A DNA stretch of 56,398 bases, filler included, from Porpidia crustulata (Eukaryota): NCBI GenBank assembly GCA_964255105.1. It is 3 parts of 3 records of this genome, joined end to end, with 100 filler letters (N's around TTAATTAATTAA, not from the genome) between each part and the next. Parts side by side here need not be neighbours in the genome. Positions count along the whole stretch, not along the records: positions 37,708 to 56,398 come from CAXUWE010000170.1; 2 more parts are not named here. One strand, 5' to 3'. The notes under the pieces were generated by a model that was not told where the DNA came from, ran no database searches, and saw only the letters and a list, made by a program, of their open reading frames with translations. This document shows, piece after piece, positions 47,422 to 56,398 of this stretch. The position numbers and the translations under genes are program-made. How positions within the stretch are numbered: position 1 is the stretch's first letter; each line of letters begins with the position of its first letter.

Positions 47422-48284
47422 TTCAACTTGCTCTTCGGAAAGCCCGTCCGTACTAAATTTGAGGGATGAGTGTACCTCTCAGAGCAGTGCGAGATCTTCC
47501 CCGACTTGTTTGTGTCAGTACAATGTATGGTAGACACTATTTTCCGTAGTTTCCATGAGCAGCCACCATCCATTTTGGGGACAGACAACACTTGAAATTC
47601 AGAAACAGTTGAATTGGCTCAATACAGCAGGAGCTACGCCTAGGTGCGAGCAAAGTGGCAGTCACAGCCAGTAGAAAGCCGCAGACATGCAATAAACGCA
47701 ATAAAACACCAGCAACTTAATCCGTTGCAATTACAGTAACCAAGGACTAGCAAGCTGTTTCTATTATCAAAGGCAGCAATTGTCAACGCCTTACAGTCAA
47801 GATACTCAGGAGGTGAGTAGGAAGATGGCAGCTTCTCAATCTTCGCGATCTTTGGTTCTTATCTTGCCAATCAGGATCATTGCATGAACGTCAGCCCCAG
47901 AATCGCCGCAAGGATATGGAGCCAAGGTCGAAGATTTCTAACTCATGTGACCAAGTCGTCGAGTCGATGGCAAAGGCAGCTCGAAATTCCTCCATTGCAA
48001 TGATTATCGATCGCTCTAGATAGACAGTAAGCCTTTCGAGATCTGCCTCAAAGGTCCGAAGGTTTCAATCCAAAAGCTGCAATAGGTATTCACACCAAGA
48101 TTTTTACAGGCCAACCCGCTCATGAAAGATAACCATGTCTGTATGCAATACCATCATCGATTTCTTCGACGGGTGTGCCCCTAGGATTATATCTACAAGC
48201 GTTAATCAACATCGCTAAGGAGCTGCAACCCAAATCTATATGTATCTACATGTGAACTTTGCTCAAACCTCGACGAAACTAACC

Positions 48285-51200
48285 CTACGTTAAAGCTTGC
48301 TCTGGAGGCATATCGGGAGATGATGGCTCTTTTCTTTCGTCTCTAGAACCTTCGAGTGGAGCGGATTGATTTCCTCCCATCTGTCTGATAGGCGTGGTGG
48401 GAGGCATAGAGGACTCTTCCGCAGCCTGAGGCGCCAATATCGCTGTCGCAGGTAGAGGTTTTGCGTTGGGAAAGATTTCGGCGAAGAGATCAGGCAGGAA
48501 TCTGTCAACTCGTTTGCGTGTTTCTGTCCAGATGTTGGACCCTCTCTCGTCTGCAGCTGGCGGTACAAGGTAACCTCCATCTGCCATTACAAGAAGGATG
48601 TTTTTCAGACTCTCAGGGACAGCTTCCTCCTAAAGCATGTCAGTAACCCAGATTTCCAGCTTGGGGAAGCTTGTAAGCTCACTAAATTATCTCCTTGTCC
48701 GCTGTTCATCAAACGATCTAGTATATCTAGAATCTTAAGCCACAAGTCAAGCATACCATCCCATTCCGAAAGTATCACTAAATAGTGCAGGAAGATCTTG
48801 CAAAGTAAAGTCGCAGCTTGCACCCTCGTTTCACTCATCCCAACCGGATCTGATTGGTAGACCTCAGGTTTTAGTAGGCGTGAAATCAAGGGGAACAGAA
48901 CTTCTCCGAAGATTGCAGTCCATTCTTGATGGTCTGGGAAGGCAAGCTCAGGTGACAGTAGTGCGCCTTGTAGACAGGAGAAAGCCTGGTGTCTAATCTC
49001 CCGGCAGGGATTGAGACACTGCGTGCGAAGAGCATGGAAAATTGGTGACCAATACGTGACCCACGCTTCATGTCTTTCAAGATGGGACAATTCGATGAAA
49101 GAGGGAACTCTATTGGTTAATTGGTATATTAAATTAGTAGCCTTTATACCTCGATCCACAGCTGGGTTATCGCGAGCCTTGGTAGCCTTGACAGGCTTGG
49201 CCTTAGGACCATTTCTCTCGTGCTTCTGTTCAATGACTGCACCAACACTACCTGCAGACGCAAAGCCATTTAGTAACGAAACTGCCGACTCGTAATTATC
49301 AGATGTCACAGCCGCCGATTTTGCAGCCACAACATTCTCGAGGAGCTCGAAAACCCTAGCTGCTGCTTCCGGTATGCCTTGGACACTTCGAATTGTAGAC
49401 CAGAAGTCAGGCGTATTGGTTATCTCGTTTCTCAAGGGGCCAGGATCCTTGATGCACAGATTCAATCCCTTGAGAAAAGCTATTGCCGATTTCTCCAGGG
49501 TGGGTTGATCAAAACTTGATATCGTGTGCAGGATGACAGGAGCACGGACGAATGAGTGTTCCTGACTGGCATGCAGGAGGTGCAGAAGATAAAAGACAGC
49601 CCTCGAAACGACCAGTGGATGGATGTTGGCCGCATTGCGTATAACATTTTGAAGCACATCAGCAACCGCCTCACCTACGATGGCAATAGAGTCTTCGTCA
49701 CGCATTGCTAAGATTGTGGCAAGCTCGAGTATGAAGACCACCGAGGGATCGTAAACTGGACCCCTTGAATCAGTTCGATGACCATTAATTTTGACTGGAG
49801 CCGGGGTTGGTCTATTCGGCTTAACAACGATAACAACCGGCGACGATTCCTGTGGAAGTTCCTCCAATAATGCGTGGACGAGGTTTTTGAGCGAGAACGG
49901 TGGGATTGCGAGGACATTGGCAAAGACTAAGCTCATAGAACAGGCTTGGATACAATCTACCGTGCATAGGGTACTATCGAGTTCTTCCTCTGAGGGCTCG
50001 GGAGGATCATCCGCTGCGTAGCTAGAAAGATATGAGGTCAACGATTGAAATAGACCATTTTCCTGAGCACGTTCTGCGCGATCGATGACTTGAGATGGTG
50101 TTTGGAGTGGTATTGGTGAAATTTCGAGGCTGTTTCGAGCATGTGAAAACGTAGGCGATATCAAAGAATTCGCAAATAAGTTTAGCCATATCCGGACGAT
50201 GTACTTCCAACCGGTTTTTATTTTAGCTTCCTTGCCCGTAATGATCCCGAACAGTACAACGGAGGCGAGCTGCGCTTTAAAATCGCGGCCGAAGGCGACC
50301 GCCAATTCGCTTACCATGACGCTTTTGCTACCAGCTTGGACTTCGGTGTTGAGCGTTGTATTTGACGGTGTCTCTAACGCCAGCGTGGATATCGAACTCA
50401 GACAAAATATGATATGATCAAGAGCCTCGACGAGATTGTACTCGGCGGCAATCTGCGCGCACTGATCGAACCCAGCAACAACTCTAGAAAAAACGGCGTC
50501 ATCAGAAGCAGACATGAACACATATGATAGGGTCGCAACTATTGGCTTCCACGTTGCGCTAAACATGTCTGCGTCGAATATGTTGGTATCACAAATTACC
50601 AGGGGCCCGGACGAGAGGGTCTTGGTCAGAAGCTCCTCCCAAGCATAGTCAAATGCTTGTTTGTTGTTATGTTCATCGGGCAATATTATTTCATTGTTTT
50701 TGATGGATTCAAATATCTCTTGAAGGTATTCCGGAGCGAAATCATTTCCTCCGTTCACACCACGTAAATTCTTAGCAAAGTCGGAACTATTCATACGCTT
50801 CGCCTTTTTCAGGTTGGGATTATGCTGGTCAGTATTCAGCATAATGATAGCGTATGAGAGTATGTATATCGCTTCGGAACCAGATATGCCTTCAGGCGTG
50901 GACTTGGCGCAATACTTTTCCGAGAACACAGTCACAATACGCGCTATGAGCGGTGCTTCACCAGGTAGCCGGAAAGAGTTCAGCATTTCGCGTAAAGCCT
51001 CATCAACTCTTTTCCCACTGAAATCAAAGGAACTGATGTAGGCTTCCAAGAGCGGCTCGTTATTCCGTTTCGAAATGTACTCCCCAAGAACGGTTTTTGA
51101 TATCCTCGTGGTACCTCTGAGGAACTTCGTTACTGAGTGAGTATCATTGGGATCCTCAATAATGCCACGAGAGACCAAAAAGGCGATGCCAGATTTAGGA

Positions 51201-53279
51201 TTTTCATTGAATTTAGTAGCACCCTGGATGATTATCTTCTTCCGCTCCCGATGGTCTCGTAGCATTTGAGGATCTGGGAACCCCTCGTACCTGGGAGCGT
51301 GGTCCAGGCGATCATGAACAAATTGTACATAGCCAAGCAATGAATCTAGAGACAGCGGCGGCACATTAGTTGTACTCCACGTGGCTGAATCTGGGAAGGC
51401 ATTGCGTGAAAGTAGGCCAATGAGGTCTTCACACAGATCACTGCGGTCTACCTCACAGTCGTAATTAACGAACAGCTCGACAAGGTAGGTGGGAATTCGT
51501 GACAATGCGCCAACGCTCTCGACCATGGCTTCTCTCGTGTCAGGTTTTCGTGAACCGCCTTCCATTCCAAGCTTCTGGCGATCCTTGACTGGTACTGGGG
51601 TTGAGCGGCCACTACTGGCCTGAGAAGGGGGAGGTTTCACAAGCTTTGGCGTCTTGGGAACGCCTTCATAGAGTAGCGGGTCTATCCCGGGTTCAAATGG
51701 GATTTCCACCCGTGGGTGGAGACAGGCAACAAGGTACGAAAGGAAAAGCTCTTGCTGTAGCTTCAATACCCCACGGCATGTAGCAAGCAGTGTTCCTGCT
51801 ACTCGCAAAGATTCATTGAGTAGACCTAAATGCTCTGAACGTACCAGCTGGAAGAGTTGTCGGCACAAATCATTTCTCGCCAGGTCGGCTAACGTCGGAT
51901 GCTTAGCTATAGATGGGCCGGCGACCTCGAGCGCAACGTCAATTATCTTGAGAGCCATGACCCTCATAGCATCCGCCTGCTGACGATTATTCGGTTGCAG
52001 GAGATCTACAAGGACTCGAAAAAGCTCACGAATTGATGGTAAAGAGTATGGCTTGATTGTGGTTGCCTCGTCTGAATTCACCTCCGAATTCTGAGTAAGG
52101 TCTATGGTGCTTCCGCTCCGATGAAGAACTGGTTTTATTTCTGAATCAACCTGCGAATCTTGCTCGCTCGCGCTGAACTGACCCTCATGGGAAGTATTGG
52201 GCCTCACGTCCAACCGGTCGATGCGAGGTGAGAACCTGCCTTCGTCTAATGTTTTCTCTGGCGATTCAACAGTTGCGCCGTTAACAGAAGGGTCCATCTT
52301 TAAGACGCTCATGCCTTCCCCACTCTGTGCATCTAAAGCAGCAATATCCCCGCCAGCTTCCATCTCCAGATGCTTCAATCTTTCGAACACTATCTGGCAC
52401 ATGGCGATCATGGACATCTCGGCGGACCGTCTCAGTAATTCCGATAGCCTAGTCTGGCAGCACATGCTCAGTCCAGTCTCCATCATTTCACAAACGCTTT
52501 CATCTCCCAAAATATTGCCGCCAGGACCAGAAAGCATAGTCTCCATAAGTTTCAGTATGCGAAGAAGTACCGTCTCATCAGCTGCAGAGTCACTAGCTTC
52601 GAAACGGCAATGGGTGATCGCCGCTGAAAGGAGCTGCATCCCTAATGAGAGTCGAGGGGATTCTTTACCGATCAAGTTGTATGCAAAGAACTTTGTGATA
52701 GAAGCAAGAGCAAGCGAAGTTATAGGAGCTGAGGTTGAGGATGAGCGGATAACTTGCAAAAATGGATGTAACAGGGACGGAATATCAAAATCTCTAATAT
52801 CTACACATGGAATCAGTAGTGTAATAATGTGATTCGGAATCTTGATGCGAACTTGTGCATCCCCTGAGATCGCTTCGTAGCCGGGCGAATGCAGACATGA
52901 GCGGGTTGTCCTGCATGCTCTTCCCCTTCTTGACTCTCAGGCCCCAACGACTTGCCAGACTATCATCGTTCACCCTGACTCCGTTACTAGCTGTCCTAGA
53001 TCCAACATTTGGTCTCTGTGACTCCGAGCTCTTTCCATCAGACCTCGGCGAACTCTTAGAGTCTCGTTTCGCTGACATAGGAGCTCCACCTCCCAGAATG
53101 GCCGACACTGATGAATGGGCCCATCGCGCATGCTTTCTCATGGCGGACGTCACCGTGATACATTCCGTTGTAATCAGGGCCACCGGGTCCACGGCGATAG
53201 ATATGTCTGATCCTCGAGAAGAGTGTGTGTAGAGGTGGAGCACGCCGGCTCCATCTGTGACTTGCCCTGATCTCGCCAT
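48285..53279 (-). CDS. GEA2: Sec7-domain ARF guanine-nucleotide exchange factor (GBF1/Gea family), 3 exons
   Basis: HCRFEASD, LFVNYDC, FNENPKSGI, FRLPGEAPLI, YAIIMLNTDQHNP, NLRGVNGG; last exon EEAVPESLKNILLVM. Confidence 0.93.
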
Positions 53280-54154
53280 ATTTCCACCACAATTACTCGT
53301 CAGCGAGTCCTATAGATGACTCTTGCAGTTCTTGTAATTTGAGATCTCGGAGCTTCGTCCATCTTAACCCATCGTCGCGGTTGGTCGTCCGGCGTCAGTC
53401 TAGTCGTCTAGCAATGGCCTTTTTAAAGTACCAATGTGTACTCTATATAGCTTGTGCTGTGGTAAAGTCCTTCACGTTCCTATTCTTTCACATTGAACAT
53501 TGAGAAATGCTAGTTGCTTGGTTGAAGGTGCTTAAAGCTCTGTCAGAAAGACTAATTTTAGAAGGCTCGGAACGGCAGCTCCCCAACAAGCGAAATGCGG
53601 CATTCATAAAAATACTCGTTGTCACTAAATTATATAGGATCGCTCGCGTCGAACGTTCATGGACTTAGACACGGTCAGAGGACAATCTAGAGTGTTTAAT
53701 GGTTCTTTGTATACAGAGGTGCACTTTCTAATTTGTACTATACTTTACAAGCGGGTTCAATGCAATAGTGCCATATCCCGTGAACCAGCCAGCGCGCCAT
53801 CATTTCCCATAAACCTAGTCTCTCTCCAGACATTGCGCCCGAGCAAGCGATGGATAGATAAGTCAAGACGTCCAGAGGGTGTCTGGCAGATCAAAAAAAA
53901 CCTACCCCCGGCTCGCTGAGGAAAGATACTTCTGTTCCTCGCAGGACGCATATATCGGTCGAGCCTGCGTCGATTCGGTGTATAAAAGTTCGACCGTTGG
54001 TAGGAAAGATCTTCTGTACATCATATATAGCATAATAGATGTGTTCTCCAATAGATCCAAATGTTAGGCTCAACCCAACAAACTACAAGAATTTGACCCG
54101 CCCACAATAAAATCCGCTGCTCGGGCCGGCTGGAAGCAGATCCCTTGGGATTCT

Positions 54155-55828
54155 TCAAGCAGCTTTGATATTCTCGGTCTTGGTATTCTCCGTCTCGTCT
54201 CGTGCTTCTCGAATGTCTTTGCCATCCGTTTTTGCGACGCTATCCCCCTCGGTTTCCTTTCTTGCCTGTGATACAGATACTTTTTCATCGCCATCATGCT
54301 GCTTTTGCATTTCTTCCTCTTTCTTAGTTATGCCCTCAACTTCGGTCTTATCCTTTTCCCATTGACTATTAGGATCATTGAAATCCTCTTTGATTTTCTT
54401 CATACGCTCCGCCCGCTCTTTCTCCTCCGCCTCGCGGGCCTTTCGTTCTGTCTCCATCTCTTCCATATGACGTATGTCATCAACACTCGGCTCGTAAAGA
54501 TGCCATACGGTATAGTGGGGCAAGCCTACAACAGAGAAGTCCATTCTCTTTGCCATCTGTATATCCTGTAAACTTAACATTATATGGAAGGGAACCAAAG
54601 GTCCAGTATTTACCTTGCCGAACCCCTCTGTTTCTGCGTGTTTCTCGAAACTGAATGCCGGGAAATGGACACCGGATCTAAAGACCTTCGCCTTTGCAAG
54701 GATACTGACACCACCAACACCATCTATCTCCATCTCCATATCGGGATCGCCGTAGGGGTCCCTTAAGTATGCTAGATGTGGCCGCCATGTCGCATATTCC
54801 GCATATCCTTCGACTATAACAGCATCTTCGTCTAAAGTATCAGCCAAGGCCAAGGCAGTTTCCGACTCCTGCCATGAATTAAGATCATAAGGTTGCTCCC
54901 CACCGAGCCAATCGGGCAGAGGCCGCCAGACATCTACATACGAGATATCAGATAGGTCACCGTGGGTGAGAATCGTGGACTTACTGGGGACAATTACGTC
55001 CTTGTTGTGGCGCATCAGATCCTCAAGTATAGTGAACGGGGCGGTCTCTACGTCCACGTCCCTCCAATAAACCCAGCTATGCGTTGGCCGTAGTGCAGCG
55101 CTGAGTAGCCAATTCCTGGCCTGTGCCATCAACTTCCTCCTGCTGGCCTGAGCTGCAAAGCCATGACGACTCTCAACATCTTGGTTCACCTTTTGCCCAA
55201 AATCTTTCTCTAAAATAGAAATTTCTCCGTACGGTTGCTTCAGATCAGGATCTTGTTGTAGATCTGTAAGCATCTGCGAAAGAAGAGGAAGCGTGTTGTC
55301 TTTCGAGTCCGACACGAGAAACGCAAGATCGATCAGGTGGTGCGGGTATGTAAAGTTCCGAAGATGAGCAAAGAACATTGGAAGATGAGACTCGGCATCT
55401 CTCAGAGGCGCACACAGTAAGACTCTTTCCTCTCTCTCCCATCCTCTTGCCGTTCCCCCCACATTCGATAGATCGTAATACCGTACGGTCTCCAGCCGAA
55501 GGTCTTCCACCGGCGAGAGAAGACCAAGTGATAACGTTCCAAGAAGGATAGATCGTAAAGCTGGAAATAATAGAAGGATGAACATGCCAACGACACTCAC
55601 CCCTACCAATCTTATCAGCAGATCTCTCCGTCTTCGCCAAGCAGGTTGTGATCTTGGTTGAAATCTAGAATATCGCGAGCTATGAGCAATCGTTCTAGAA
55701 GACAATCGGTCCCTAGCATCTGCAAGCACGAAGTCCACATTTTCTTACCTATGCGGCGATATTGAAAGACCCCCTCCGCTTCTGGGGTACCCCGTCTGCC
55801 CGTTCATGTACGCATTATGCCTATTCAT
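54155..55828 (-). CDS. Mannan polymerase subunit, Anp1/Van1 family (GT62), 4 exons
   Basis: Type II TM segment; LIDLAFLVSDSKD, ARNWLLSAAL, WRDVDV (DxD), QPYDLNSW, HAETEGFGK. Introns 55748-55665, 54984-54934, 54613-54557. Confidence 0.92.
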
Positions 55829-56144
55829 TCTCTTAAGGGCTTCCCCACTCCGTTCTCAGTGATAGTAAATTAATCGCAGCGCTTTGGATAACGGGATCGG
55901 TGAGAGCGTTTCTAGCCCCTAGGGCGCCTTAGGTTTGCGCTTGTCCGCAGAGCGACTGGGACAGTTGTGTTTACGAGGATTAGTAGTGGCTTATAACTTT
56001 TAATTGGCTCAAGAGTAACCCACGAAGTACTGTAAGATATTCATGAAGGAAATTTAGGGATTTGTTACCACTGGAGGTCGCCTGGCTGTCAGATAGAACT
56101 GACCAGTTGGTTGCAGGGCAACTCAATCACGCTAATTAATTAAC

Positions 56145-56297
56145 CCTTAAGCTGGTGATGAAGCAGCCACCAGGATATTCGGACACTATACCTATACAGG
56201 CTAAAATTATGACTAAGCTCTACCAGAATCTTTACGTCCATACCTCTACAGGTAAGGTGGCCGAACATCCTAGTGGCTACTTCATCACCAGTCAAGG
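56145..56297. mobile_element. MITE-like foldback element with ~35-50 bp imperfect inverted arms
   Basis: ctggtgatgaagcagccaccaggatattcggacac (56152-56186) matches the reverse complement of 56257-56291 (ctggtgatgaagtagccactaggatgttcggccac) at 31/35; weaker matches extend on both sides. No clear TSD. Confidence 0.55.
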
Positions 56298-56398
56298 AAG
56301 AGAATCTTACAGTTAAAAACTTAAAACAAATATAAATTGTTGAAAGTGTTGAAAACAGAGCATCTAGGTCCTACGACTAGGTGTTCGGGGTGCTTACG

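Noticed and set aside
53930..53975. TCCTCGC resembling the HDV ribozyme L3 loop
   Set aside because: Flanks do not form P3 in the right register and no matching P1 strand was found.
1..56398. tRNA, rRNA, CRISPR array, telomerase RNA template, transposase or reverse transcriptase ORFs
   Set aside because: None recognised by eye; tRNAscan-SE, Rfam and a repeat-library search are needed to exclude them formally.

Overview
Eukaryotic DNA from a filamentous ascomycete (Pezizomycotina; short GT-AG introns with CTRAC/CTAAC branch sites; a lichen-forming fungus is plausible but only inferred). The window is three contigs of decreasing length (about 18,795, 18,712 and 18,691 bp) joined by two artificial 100-nt N/TTAATTAATTAA/N spacers, so linkage across 18796-18895 and 37608-37707 is not biological evidence. 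Most genes are conserved housekeeping genes: Rrn10-like, CSA/Rad28-type WD40, CobW GTPase, GST-kappa, ArfGAP-UBA, Pol delta small subunit, patatin TAG lipase, alpha/beta hydrolase, Atg28-like, DCAF7/AN11-type WD40, PPAT, cupin, cytochrome b5-acyl-CoA dehydrogenase, a CHO2 fragment, NBP35, GCP4, GEA2 and ANP1/VAN1. Standouts: (1) an intronless secreted 638-aa protein of four 4-Cys domains separated by RR sites, a candidate effector/toxin polyprotein; (2) a tandem pair of variant RING genes, the second being one ~413-codon frame broken only by two in-frame TAG codons in the same TAGCG context (RIP, A-to-I restoration, readthrough or decay); (3) a ~150-bp foldback element whose arm transitions are all TG->TA on one strand; (4) two hairpin-dense non-coding regions.
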